NCBI GenBank assembly: GCA_040357565.1
Contig: JBDODJ010000021.1
DNA length: 64,000 bases
DNA from: Cercozoa sp. M6MM
Taxonomy: Eukaryota; Protista; Endomyxa: Ascetosporea
Direction: 5' to 3' (one strand)
This document shows, one piece after another, positions 38,146-50,937 of this stretch (position 1 is the stretch's first letter; every line of letters begins with the position of its first letter). The position numbers were made by a program, and so were the translations under genes. Below the pieces are notes generated by a model. The model searched no databases, was not told the DNA's origin, and was given only the letters and a program-made list of their open reading frames with translations.

Positions 38146-40754
38146 ATGCGACCGAGGTTGCGGATAAGGCCATCTTTGACAACCTCGGATGTGAACTACG
38201 AAGCAGTTCGACAGTTTCGCCAGAACTCTTACGGAGGCGATTCAAATGCGATAGGAGAGCAAGCACGCCACACCAGCCCAAATTTAGGTTCTGCTGCTGC
38301 TCGCATTCGGTCGGCGCCTACTCGCTCGAAACAGGCGCGCTTTCAAAGCCAAGTAGATTTCGATTTCGAGTTTGAGTTTCGCCAACGCCGCGAGCCAGTT
38401 GATTGGCGCGTGATCGACGAACTCGACCTGACAGAGATCGTAAGAAACACAGACATTGCGCAGTTGCAGCGTGTGGTGTCTCAAGTAACTCTCGGCGACA
38501 TCGGATCGAGTGACATTCGCTTGCTGCCAGCGCGCTCGATCGTGAAGTTCATGAGAGCAGCACAGCTGATGCTTGAGTACTCGCTGACTGTGCAGTCGCA
38601 CCTGGCCGAACAGAACAATCTTTTGCGCAAGAACGCAGTCTGTTTTGATGAGACGAAGCAAGAAGTCTTGCAACTGCAGAACGAACTCGCTCAAGAACGA
38701 GAACGACTCCGCCGATTAAACGAACAACTGCGACGTGTCGAATTCCTGCGACAACAGGAACAACAAGAGCGGCAGAAGATTGAAGCAGCTGCACGACGTC
38801 GATCGACGCGAGTTTCTGCTCAGACGCCGGTGCTTGGACGACACACGGGCACTGAGGACCCCATTTGGCCATGTCCACACTGTCGCTCTGCGTTTGTGAG
38901 TAAACACTACTTGGACAAACACATCGACCGTCGACACCCCCAAGCAAAAAATACAAGCGAAGAAACGCAGCTCAAGTCGGAAACAAAGCCAAACGATGAC
39001 AAACTCATCGTCGAAACGCTCGAGCGAAGTTTCGCGAAACTGACTGAAGCTTTGTCGCTGCAACAGACACTTGAAGTTAAAGGAAAACCCTCAACCGTGA
39101 CGAAGGAGCAACTCCAAAGCATGCGTGACTCAATTGAAAGCACTGTTCGCGATGCGCTGAAGACGCAGAGTGACACCATGGTTCACGGGCAAGCGACACA
39201 AAGCAACACACTGGTGCGAATTGAAGAGCAACTATCGTCGATGCGAGGTACTCTCGTCAGCGAGAATCAAGCCATGCGCGCCGAATTGGCTTCGATTCGC
39301 GAGACACTCGCTCAAGCCACATCAGTTGTTTCCAACATACGCGATGCCTCTGCTTTTGGACCCCTGCGGGACGAGACTCGAACCGAAGGAATCGAAACAC
39401 CTGTCGCTGTTGCCACCATGACGGCAAGCAAATCGGACGAAAAGGAACTTAAGGCGATTCACGAAGTGTCCAGCAAGCTCGCCAGTCTTGAACGCTCGCT
39501 ATTGCAGAAGTTGGATCACGTTTCGTCTTTCCTGGTTGAACAAGGCAGCGATATGCGTGAGCTGAAGCAGGAGATTGCGCGAGGAAATGAGCTGATGAAC
39601 GAACAGGTGTTCGTCACTGCAGCAAAAGAAGACGAAGTGGAACTATCACCGTCGGAATCGCGAAAATCTCAGGAAACCGAAGTTCTCGTTGTCGAAGACG
39701 ACGAGCAGGACGAGTCTATCGAACCAGTCGAGCACGCAGAGGAACTCAAGCAACTGAAACAAGGAGGCGACCTTACCGACTTCCAACGACGCGTCGACGA
39801 ACTCGAGAGCACGCTGAAGGATTTCAAATCATCATTGCAGCAGCCTGCGCTCTCTGTAAGAACTCTCAAACAACTGTGCTGAGTTACTTCTGTTTTTTGT
39901 CGTAGGATGTTGACTCCGACGAGGCTCAGTTGCGAAGTTCGCATCCATTCAAAGACACTCCCTACGTGAGAACGCGAAGTCCACAGAAATGGCGACTTGA
40001 CCCTGGCGAATATGAAAAGAGACGAGCTAGTACAGACTTGATCGCGAAGAAAGCCACTGCACAAGACCTGCGAAAACTCGAAGAAGTCGTGGATGAAAGC
40101 AACTACGCGAAATTCCGAAAGAATGTCCGCAAGTCGGTGAAGCAACTGACGCAGAAGCGACTCGGAGACGATGCGTCCAGCTTGGATTCAACAAGCGAGT
40201 CACGTGTTTCTTTGTCCCGTACACTTGTTTCCGAATCACCTTCAGTCACAGAAACGACCGAAACGGGACACGAAGCAACGGCGACACGAGTCTCGCCCTG
40301 TCCTGCGAAATCTCCGTCCCTTGAAACTCAATTGAGAGCAAGCGACAAGGCACCTCCTCCCAAGGAAATAAAACAAATGCCTCGAAAAAGGACAACAGTG
40401 GATCCCATCACCGAACGAAGGAGACGACTTGCAGCACTGCTTGGTGATGACAGCGATGCCAACGACGAAGTTGAGCTTGCACCGCCACCTCTCCAGCAAA
40501 AACAACGCTCAAGCAAGCCTAAAAGCTCACAGCTGTTTGACTCTATGGTTCGACCTCAGGTACTATAGATGTCGCGCCAGCAACGACAAACTGAATGAAC
40601 TACTAATTTTACATCTGCATAGACAAGTCGCGGAGTCGGAGATGCTGCCCCAGGCATCCATCGGCCCAAGACCCGTCGCGACGACCGCTTGGCGAAGCTT
40701 TCGGCTATCATACACGGAGCGACACAGGGCTACGACAGCGAAGAAGATTTTTGA
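38146..40754 (+). CDS. DZIP1: DZIP1/Iguana-like ciliary basal-body protein (Dzip-like N domain, C2H2 zinc finger, coiled coils), 3 exons
   Basis: FEFRQRREPVDWRVIDELDLTEIVRNTDIAQLQ...VTLGDI...KFMRAAQLMLEYSLTVQSHL, then CPHCRSAFVSKHYLDKHIDRRHP and long coiled coils. Confidence 0.85.
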
Positions 40755-40838
40755 GCCGAAGTGTCCAGTGTCGGTGTCCAGTGTCGGAGTGCGACGTTCT
40801 TCAAACGCGGACTGTGTAACAGAAATGGAGCTTCGTCT

Positions 40839-43685
40839 CTAGTAGTCGCTTTCAATCGAAGTTCTAGTCTTGTCCGGTGTTAGTGTGTCTTTGCTAACGA
40901 CGCTTTGCGCACTCATAGTTTCCTCCCAATTGAGCAGTCTGCACAGAAACCATGTAAAAGCTACGATAAGTTTACTGTTACTCACGAAAAAGACAAACTG
41001 AAGGTACTCGGGAGGTATTTCACTGAGGTTCACACGGTCTTTCAGTAAGTTTACTGCTTCTTCGAGCAGTGTCTGGTATCTATACAACGCAGAATGAAAA
41101 AACGAGAGTTTTTCTGTCAAAAGCATACTTGAGAATTCGTTGGAATTGCTCGTGGCTCGCTTGTCGGAAGCTGTCGTTCTCTTTCTTGAGAATGTCACAC
41201 TGCCTCTTCCATGCACTGGCAGCCAACTCACCATTTGCCTTTCTTTCGCGGAGAACGTCGTCTACGGTTTAAAGTGAATTTTAGAGGAGCACGCAGCTAA
41301 ATTTACTCTCGAAGTTGTTTACTTACCTGAGTGAACACGGATCTGCAAACCTCCAGAATCGGTACTGGTGGACCTGGCATCGCCAGTTTCGATGGGTTCA
41401 CGGATCGCACTTGGGGGAGTGAGCACTCGATGGTTGGTGGGTAGTGTGCTCGTTCCACTGCTCACGCTTGGCGAGACAGAGCCGCGAAAGTGCAAAGGTG
41501 TTGTCACCTCTGGACTGACATCGAGGTGGTTACCAGTCGAAGTCTCTGGAACACAGACATCGAGCGAATCGTCAATGGCCCCTGTCGTCATCACTCTTCT
41601 GTGCTTGCTGTGTTTACTCTTCTGCAATACAATTCGCTAATGAAACGACTTAAAGTAAATTTAAACTAAGTTTACAGTACCTTTCCCGATGACGAAGAGT
41701 TTGATGTTCGAGAAACGGAGGGGCTCGGGGCATCCGAGTTCAAGCTGCGAGAAAGGTGAAGTGCTTGTGGAAGTGAAGTGTACGTTCGGCCAATAAGCGG
41801 GCATGAACTTTGCCTCATGGGCACGAACGGCACTTTCGTGCGCTCGATCGTTGAGGAAGTACCGAACGTGAGCACCTCGAAGCCTAAGACCGCAACACAC
41901 GAGATGCGATGTTTCTTGAGTAAGGTGCCGTAAAAGCTACTCACACGGAGCTTGAACATCGACAATGTACGAAGACTAAGCACAGAGCAATGGAATACTA
42001 GAAACTAAACACTAGCCCATAGGCAAAGTGAGACACCAAGGTTTGAGCATCGCGACGCTTTGCAAACAATCGTGCGTAAGCTTCCTCGCTTGCAATCATT
42101 TTACTGGGTCCACCAGCTTTCCATCCTTTCAGAAGGTACCTAACAGTGAATTAACGTTGGAGCAACTTTAAAATTTAAATGAATGTGCAGCAGTGAAAAA
42201 CTGACCGGCAATCGTGGCAGTAATGAAACCCGACGGCGACCGTCGACAGTCTCGTTCTGGCCTTCTTGAAGTCGCTGGGAATCCGATACTTCTCTGTGTC
42301 AGATGTCGTTGACGTGTGTTTTTCGCACACTGCTTCACCACAAGTGCGACAGGTGTGCAGGCCGGACAGACCCAGCATAGTGGATTTGTTGCCGCAAATT
42401 GCGCAGTGCAGGTCTACGTTCGTATGCATTCCAAAGTTCGATGCTGCGATCCTGCGAATCGGGTGTCCCACAACCCTGCGAAAAAAGAAGGGGTATATAT
42501 CCTGGGAATGGACAAAAAATCAGCCTGGAAGGATGTTGTATGTACCAATCGCCCACGCGAGCTTCAGGGTGAATGTCGAGGTCGTCCTTGCTCACTCGAC
42601 AAAAGCGCATCGTAGGCCGCACTTGACGACAATACACGTCTTCAAAACAAGTGTTTTCGGCCTCGGCGACTTCTTCCAGCGCCTTGTTTCTGCACCCTAA
42701 GCACACCGTTACCTCCTCTCGGTCGCGATCTTTTTCTCCTCGCAACCACCCAGTGGGTAAACGGTAGCGTCGTGCACACAGCTCGCAATGAGGGCTGCCG
42801 CACAAGCGACAATGCCTCAAAATTCGCATGCCGCCCTGAGCACAACGGTGACACGCTCTCACATCACTTGCGTCGCTGCTCTTTCGATGCATCTTAAAAT
42901 GTGAGAGCAACGAGGGGGTTCTGTGGAATCTTGAGGTCAAGTCATTTGCAGTGGGAGGTTTGTTTCTTTTTTCCTACAAGCCACGCACACGTGCCGCTCA
43001 TCAGAAACAGCGAGAAATGCGGTACCTTTCCAGCGAACTCAAACTGCTTTTTGGAGCTTCGCTTTCGTCGAACAAGCAAAGCCCTTAAAAAACAATTCGT
43101 TCAAACAACTGGGTCATTGAAGTTGCTTTGTTTAAGGTTAGAGAAAGCGTAGAGTTAAAGAATAAAGATAAGGACAAACATATGGTTTGTGGGAAAGCAC
43201 CAAGACATCAGCAAGTTTCGCTCCACATCCTCTCGCTGCGATTGTGAGGCTGATGGCCGCCCACGTGGCATTTTTCTAGCTCGCTGGCGTAGACAGGCAA
43301 CTCACAGATCCTGTGGATGCTTCTTCTCGCAGCTTTGCTTTTTCCACAATCGCGCAGACAATGCCGCTCTGGAAGAAACGCTCAGAGCGGGCAGATAAAA
43401 ACGAAACCCCGACCAGCAGCCACGGTGCCTGACCCGAATGACTGACTCGGCGAAACCATGAGTCATGCTTTAGCTCCCGTGCTAGCAACTGAAGGTGAAA
43501 GCCGAAGGCGGGTTTCGCCTCTATCTCTACTAGGATCTGGTGTGAATCTTTGACACTGTTCCGGGAGCTTGATGGATAAATTTATGCGCGTCCTCCAGTC
43601 CGAGCGTGAGGTCGGACGATGCAGGAACCTGGCTTTTGTCATCTGAGCAAGTGCCTGTTTCCAGTTTTCCACTGAAAACACGCAT
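40839..43685 (-). CDS. Protein with two FYVE-like zinc fingers
   Basis: CHRC...RHCRLCGSPHCELC...VCLGC and CAICG...HTCRTCGEAVCEKH...YCHDC; upstream exons join in frame back to ~43490; the ATG at 43685 is inferred; TAG at 40839-40841. Confidence 0.65.
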
Positions 43686-43726
43686 AAAAGCGAGAGTTGA
43701 CGTTAAACAACTTGCATTTGAGTGAA

Positions 43727-45567
43727 ATGACGTCTACGACTCCTGAGTTTGCCACCGCCGCATTGTCCACGCTATTTTCAACGACACCAAGCAGGTAACT
43801 CACAGCAACGTTTCGTCTACGCTCGACGTTTGTTTTTAGCTTCGCGGATGTCTCCGACCGACCGTCGTTTGTGCTCAACTTTACCTTTGGTGTGACTCTC
43901 GATACTTTGGTAAGGTTTCAGAATGCCTGTAACTTAAACTTACATGTTCTGTTTTTGTTGACTTTCCACGAAAGCATTTGTTTGTGGAGAACAGAACACT
44001 AGCAACAATGGTGCCGATCTTCGCCTCGACATTCTCAACAGCACTCCTTACGCATGGGTGCCACTGCCTGGAGCGATTTTGTCCTACACACTTGAGCCTG
44101 ATAGAAACACGTGAGTTCTTTAGCAGGTTTTGGAGTTCCGTCCGATTGTGTGTTCATTCCCGGGCCTCAAATTCCTGTTGCAGACCTGGGATTCACTACG
44201 ATTTTGGCGACAATTACTCGGTCGAAGCGACAGTGACCAACGCAAGAACAATGGAGACTAGCAGCACTCTGTCTTTCGCTGACTCTCTGACAGCACAGTT
44301 TCCAATTTCGCCCCCTTTCGCCTGCACTACCGGTTGCAGTCACGCGAATGCGCAGTGTGCTCCCGCGGGCTTCAGTTTGATTGAAAGGTCTGTCAGGTAA
44401 GTGTGCTCTCGAGTCTCGGTGTTCATCAGTGTGAACTCCCAAGATCAAGGTGCACGACTGCAGAGCCAGCATAGCTTCCGGCAACGCTACGACAGTGCCC
44501 GGGAAGTGCTACTGCACGCCTGGGTTCGGTGGCAGGAGGTGCACTGTCGATCGCAGATGCGTAGCAGGACAAACTGCCACACGAGGCAGTGCGTGCGAAC
44601 AAAACGGCGATGTACTCTTTGTTATGGCCACACAAGGTAATTTATCTTTGCTTTGCGAGTACCATGAACTAAGCGCTGTCATTGATATTAATTTCATTTT
44701 GTCTGCCTTTTCAGTGGCGGTTGCATCGCAAGCTGAAGCCGAAACTATGCGTGATCTGGGGTTTTCACAACTCGCACTCGTGGACGAATACCTCGTTGCT
44801 TTGTACTGTCCCTGCAAATCTGACTGCTGCGATGGACGGGAGATTTTAACCTAAATTTAATTTTTCATATAAAAGGAAGCAACCGGAGGTGTTCTACGCA
44901 AACAACGAGCCAAAGTTTGAGTTTGTGGTGTCCACGAAGCGCGACACAAGCGATGGAACGCTCCAATTGCTCCTTCTGGCACCAATGTCTGGAGCACCGC
45001 AAGTGCTGGACGAACTACGAAGGGCAGAGAGGTTCATGATGAGAAACCGCGACTTGTTTCGCCGTTGGTCTATTCTGGGCAACTTCGTGATGGTTCTTTC
45101 CTTTCGCCTCACTGTCGTATGTAGCTAAACGTATCATTCTTGATTTATTCACAGATAACGACATCAATCGCAGTGGGAACCACAACTACAACGACAACAA
45201 CGACAGCGCCACCTGTCCCGGTCGATTCGGCGTCCAGTCCAGCCGCCAACGCTTTCTTGGTCGCCGGAGCTGCCGTGTTGTGCCTTGCTCTTTGCATGAT
45301 CACATGCTTGTGGTACTACATACATACTGACTGTTGAGCTCGAGAGGAAGGGGAGGATGGACGGCAATGGTAAACTTATACAACATCTAACTGTTTAATC
45401 GGTGTAGTGGCCAAGACCAAGGCTCACGTTCCACAAACGTCGTGGTTGCCAAGAAACGCCTTAAAGAGTCTGAAGACACCGAAAGTCACCCAACCGGCGT
45501 ATTCGTTGAAGAGCCTGAAGACATCGACAATCATCCAGCCGACGAATTCGTTGAAGAGTTGGGATGA
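43727..45567 (+). CDS. EGF-like-domain single-pass membrane protein with a Thr-rich stalk
   Basis: GKCYCTPGFGGRRC (EGF C-terminal motif), GTTTTTTTTTAPP stalk, TM FLVAGAAVLCLALCMITCL, acidic tail ending TGA at 45565-45567; start inferred. Confidence 0.6.
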
Positions 45568-46015
45568 GACACAGAAAGTCACCCAGCTTCAAGCTCTTCT
45601 AAAATTTAGTTTATAGTCGAGTAGATCGTAGGGTAGCAACATCGCCTGCTCGGAATGGCTTATACCCGTATCGTACAATTGCAACGCCGGCTCAGCTGTG
45701 TGACTCGGCGAATAACGCGTGCGCACTTGCAGCGTCCGGTGCGCGCAATCAACCATCGCATGGCGTGGGTGCGGTACCGTAAGATTTGATTGATTGCTTG
45801 AAAATGAAACTAAGTTTAAGACGAGCGCAAACGAAATATATTAACGTACTTCGCGTCGGTTCGCGATATTTGCATCATACAGTCGCACGAAAATCGAAAA
45901 TCCGACGCAATTTCGCGTCAGTTCACGCAGGTCGCGTGAACGCACGTGTTCGTCGCGGACCGTACCTTTGTACGGAAACGAGACTGGTGTGCTGGGTAGA
46001 AGTCAGGTGACTGAA

Positions 46016-48254
46016 TCAATCGCACGCCGTCGGCGACACCATGGCAGTCACGACAGTGCCGAGAATTCCCTACAGTGGCATTAAGTGACATCTGGGTCAG
46101 TGTGTGGGGTTAAAAAGAGTACCGTGACAGTGCCAAAGACGAGCATGCCGTAGGCCAAGTACGTCAAGAGTTTTGGTCGCTGTGTCACGAGACGCAGGTA
46201 GATGAGCGACGGGAAGACATACACGACGAGCGAGCCCACGATGGCGCCCTGGAATCCCAGGATCTTCTCGACCTACCGGAGGAGGGTAAAGATCCAAGGG
46301 GAGGGTACAAGGGGAAAGGGGTACAAAAGGGTTACCTGCGGGAACACGACGGCAAAGAACACCGCCGAAACCACCAACGACACTGTTTGAATCACATGTC
46401 GTTTGCGTGTCCACACCGCCTTTGGGAAGAAGAGTCCTGGGGGCAGAAGGGTAGCAAGAGTAAGAAGGTGGGAGGCGGGCGGGGGGGGCGCCCCAAACTA
46501 CCGTCAAAGTTGTGACGAGCAGCCGAGAACGGCAGCGGGAAGGTGCACACGAGACACGCCGCCATCAGAAGTCGCGCCACTGTGGAGAAACTATTGTTCG
46601 GCAGCGACGACAGCACCTGGGACGGGGGGGGGGGGGTAAAGTGTGGAGGACAAAGGAAAGGGAGCTACCTCGCCACACACGTCGTTGCCAAACTGCAAAT
46701 AGCCAGCGAGTGCAGCACTCGCATAGACTAGGAAGCACGCCGCCATGGCTTGCATGCTCACACTGCCGAACTTTGCTGGTGACTTGTTCTTCAGTTCGGC
46801 TGCACCACAGACAATTCCCTTTTATCCTTACCCTCCGAGAAAGTGCCCCCAGAAAGTACACCAACCATAGAAGCGGGGTGCATTGTAGTGCATCGTGTAG
46901 GCAACGTTCATGATGGAGATGGCCACAAAGAGACCGCCGTCGAGTCGGAACACGTCGACACTCGGATGCACGCCATTCTGAATGGCCGTCACCAGCACCA
47001 GCAGTGCCGAGTACGATATACTCAGCACGCCTAACAGCGACGCGTGTCTCAACTGGAAGGGGGTGGGGGGCAAATCGGTAAAGAGGGGGTAACGGGGGGG
47101 GGGGGGGGGGGGNNNNNNNNNNNNNNNNNNNNNNNNNNNNNNNNNNNNNNNNNNNNNNNNNNNNNNNNNNNNNNNNNNNNNNNNNNNNNNNNNNNNNNNN
47201 NNNNNNNNNNNNGGGGGGGGGGGGGTAAAGTACAGCATGCAAGTCGCGCAACAACGCGAGCGGCAAGCAAAACGTCAACACAATCAGCGGCACGAAAAAG
47301 TCGCGATTCGACACCAGTCGAACAAACGCACTTTCACTCGGCAAAAGCCACTCTCGCAGCACCGGCTGGAGGGGGGGGGCAAGGGAGGGGGTAAAGGTAT
47401 CAGGGGTAAAGAACAAGCATAACTTACAGTGAGAAAGTCGCCAATCAGAACACCCTAAAATACATTTAAAAAAAACAGTATAGCTGTGAAAACTGTATCC
47501 GCTTTAAAAGCAACAAGTACAATACATAGGACACGACAGCCGAGTAGGTGCAGAAGAAGAGCGCGACGTTCACTACGCGCGACGAAGTGATCGCCTGCAC
47601 GAAAACGTTCGATGACGGTCGCAACTCGTCAGTCGCAACGCTCGAAAACGCGCCTTCAGCGTCGTTTTCGACATCGCTGCGCGAACTTTCGTGCTGAATA
47701 AGCGGTTTCTGCGAATCTTCGGTGACATTTCGCGGAAAAGCGCGCTGCCACAGTCCGTGAAACGTGAAAATCTTGCGCTCTTCCGACGCGCACGAAATGA
47801 AGTACAGGGCCGCCACGGCCAGACTGCCCGTCAGTAAAGTCAAAAACACGCCCGGCAGTGCTAAGAGACAGATTCGCAGTTTTTGCAAACAACTTTGTTT
47901 GAATGATCAGTTCACATTTGAAGGAAAAAAGCTACCGGAGGCACGAGCGAAAGCCCAAGGCAAAACCAGCAGGCCGGATCCTAAAAATTCAGCTGTCAAC
48001 TGATTAAAGGGGGGGGGGGCACGGCAAGGGTCAACCTAAAACGTTGTTGACGATATTCGTCACGGTTGACTTGTTCGATGCTTTGTTCATCGTGATACCC
48101 TCCCGTCGGCATCTAACGAATGGCACAAAGACCATATAACCGGTTGAGCACCAGCCCCGGAGCAGAAGAAAAGCAAGCACCGCTCTGCGATTTCGGCATC
48201 AACATCCACCTCTCCCCGATCAGAAACCCGATATATCTCGACATTTTCAGTCAT
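46016..48254 (-). CDS. Amino acid transporter (Aa_trans / SLC38-AVT family)
   Basis: TVTNIVNNVLGSGLLVLPWAFARA, FCLPLALLRDL, AYTMHYNAPRFY, LMAACLVCTFPLPFSAAR and multiple TM exons; TGA at 46016-46018. Confidence 0.85.
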
Positions 48255-48404
48255 TTTTATGAGCACGAGTGTGCTCGCACTGACTGACGTCGCGGACAGC
48301 ACTCGGCAACGCCAGAATTTGACACCTACGCAGTTTATTATTCTGATTGATTCTAGTTAAAGGAGCGGTTGGACAGCATCATTTCCAGATCTTTTGCTCT
48401 AAAA

Positions 48405-50567
48405 CTACTCAGTCACAGCCTGGGCGCGGAGCTGAGTGCTGCTAATTTGAATGTCGCATTTAGCACGCGGAATCTGCAAACAAAACGTCACTTGCGGGGT
48501 CGGGAAAAAGAAAAGCAGACAAACCAACCTCAATAAAAATGTCGCGCAGTGTCTCAGGCAGCGCACAGTGCTCCACAATGTCAGAACACACGAAATCGTG
48601 GCCATTGAGCGACCTGAATGCGACCAGGAAAGCGCAACCGAGAGCTTTGATTTCTGCAAAAGCAGCGCTGAGCTGCTTGTCGCAGCTGCCGTAGTATTTT
48701 GGATCCACCAGTCTCTGCAAGTTGCTTCTTTTATCATGATCCTGCCTTTCACATGTCAGTACCTGCAAAGTGTCGCCTCCGATCACAAAGCACGAGTTCG
48801 GGTACAAACGCGCCTTGTGCAGAAAGTATGGCGCGTGTCTCGACACCAACGTCGACACGCGCTCGCAATCTACACACACAGAGACCCAACCGATTGTTGT
48901 CTCATACTTTACGTGAGTCAGATGATACCAGTGAAACCGTCTTTGGTTCCGGCAAAAATGCCAACAATACGCTTTCGCAACTCGTCAGTTCCGATGGCCT
49001 GAAAAATGCAAAACATCGAATTCGCCGCACAATTTGAAATTCCACGAAATTTGAGCGAAAACGCACTTGCTTGTCCGCATTCTCGGCACCGATTTCGAAA
49101 ATTACTTCATGCGGTTCCTATAGAGTAAAGGAGTGAATAAAGACTCGAGTGAAAGGTCGTGCAAATCCTACCGAGTACAGTGCCTGACTCTGTGAGAGTG
49201 CAGCACGTGCCAGAGCAAGATGACCGTCGTGCAACGGAGCGAAACTGCCGCACACGATGAGTCGTTTTGTTTGGGTTGCACCGCCTGTTCAAGAGGTGTG
49301 CAGAGGTAAGAAAGATAAAACTGAAGTCCTTCAAAATTGCTCTACCGAAAAACGTGTCCAAATGTGCACTGACCGGACTCAGGAACTGCACGAAATGCGG
49401 CTGCTCGTATTCGCTATTGTCACAAACTGATGTATCCAGGCTGAGAAGAAAAAAACACGAAAAATACAGAAAATATACAACAAAGTGTCAAGCGGATGTT
49501 TGCTGCAGATGGGCGGCGACAAAACAAGTTTGTCCGGCGGCAGCAAGTCGACCGAATCGAACGAGATCGTCGTTTTCGTCGAATCGTCGCACAAATCGAA
49601 AAGAGCGTCACTTTCGATTATTTTCGTCACGGCGTGAGTCACCACTGACACCAGCACTACACCAGAGGTAAATAGGGGGGGGGGGCAAAGGGGCGAAAGG
49701 AAGGGTTGAGCAGACGCACTGTGCTCTTCCGAGAAGCGGTCGCGCATGTTGCGAGCGAAAGTGAGCGACAGATTTCGTGTGGAATTGCGCGTCGCCACAG
49801 TCTGCCGAAATTAAGAAACTCAAGAACAAGAAGAAAAGCAAAAGCAAGAGCAATAAGGAAACACTACGACATGCGCACGGTTGTTGCCGCGTCGCGGAAC
49901 ACTGGTGGAAAGTGCCGCCGTCACACCGACACCCACGGGCTCTTGAACCGCACTACGCAGACTCAAACAACCCAATTAGACTTAACTAAAGTCAAAACTT
50001 CCAGCAACTCACAGAATTCAAAGCAACCCACAACGCAACCGTCAACTCAGCACAATGAAAGGAGGACAGTACGAGTTCGAGTAGAAGATTGCGCGTTTCA
50101 AAGCGACTTTCGCAAGTCGTTGCGCCGTTTCAACCGAGGCGAATGAAGCTATGGCGGAAGCTGCATCTTCGCCATCGCACAGCAAATGTTCCGTGTTGCT
50201 TCGAGAGTCTAATTCAAAAAAAAAACGAAACTGAATCAAAAGAAACTTCAACTGCAGTTGAAGGTGGACAAAAGTTACACGACACTTCGCCTCCCAGCAG
50301 CACTTTCGACGCACCGGCGACGGACGAGAAGGCCGAAAGCACACCGCTGCCGTTTCCGGCCACGCAGAAAAACAACGCCGGATCGCGCAAAACTCGTTTT
50401 TGCGGCGCGTTTTCTAGTTTCTTGTGCTTCGCCTCACGTTTCTCGAGCTCGTCCAGAAGCTGCCGCACGCTTTCTTTCGAGTGCACGACGTTGCTGATCA
50501 CGGCGTTGTGCAAGCGACGTGCGTGTACACGCCAAGCATACCGTACAGCGAGGAAGGGGGCCAGCAT
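48405..50567 (-). CDS. HxGH-type nucleotidyltransferase (cytidylyltransferase/NMNAT-like) with an N-terminal CinA-like region and a probable mitochondrial presequence
   Basis: CVAGNGSGVLSAFSSVAGASKVLL; IVCGSFAPLHDGHLAL; FEIGAENADK; APYFLHKARLYPNSCFVIGGDTLQRLVDPKYYG; ISSTQLR. Confidence 0.8.
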
Positions 50568-50937
50568 GATCACAAACGAGATTGTCTGCGAGAAAGCAGG
50601 TCACAAAAAACATATATCAAAATAACCCAAATATCCAATTACCAGTATTTGCCATAAAGGCAGCACTTCATTCATTCTATGGTGTCAAACTAACACCTAG
50701 ACGCTGAAACAATAGTTAGATCGACGACAAGTGCACCCTAGAAAAAAGAAAACTGTAGCCACTGCTTGTGGCTACAGTTTGCTTTTTTCGTGTTCTTGCG
50801 AAACACGATGTTGAATAGAGTGTGGACTCGTTGTGTTCAAAGGTAAACTGTGGTACTACTTGCGCGCACGGAGACCGCCGTGTGCTGCTGTCGTTTGAAA
50901 TCAATATTTTTTGTTTTTTTGTTTCAGATTCCGTCCA

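Noticed and set aside
45620-45700. TPP riboswitch-like words (CGTAGGG, ATACCC, GCTGAG)
   Set aside because: The elements are in the wrong order or on different strands for a TPP aptamer.
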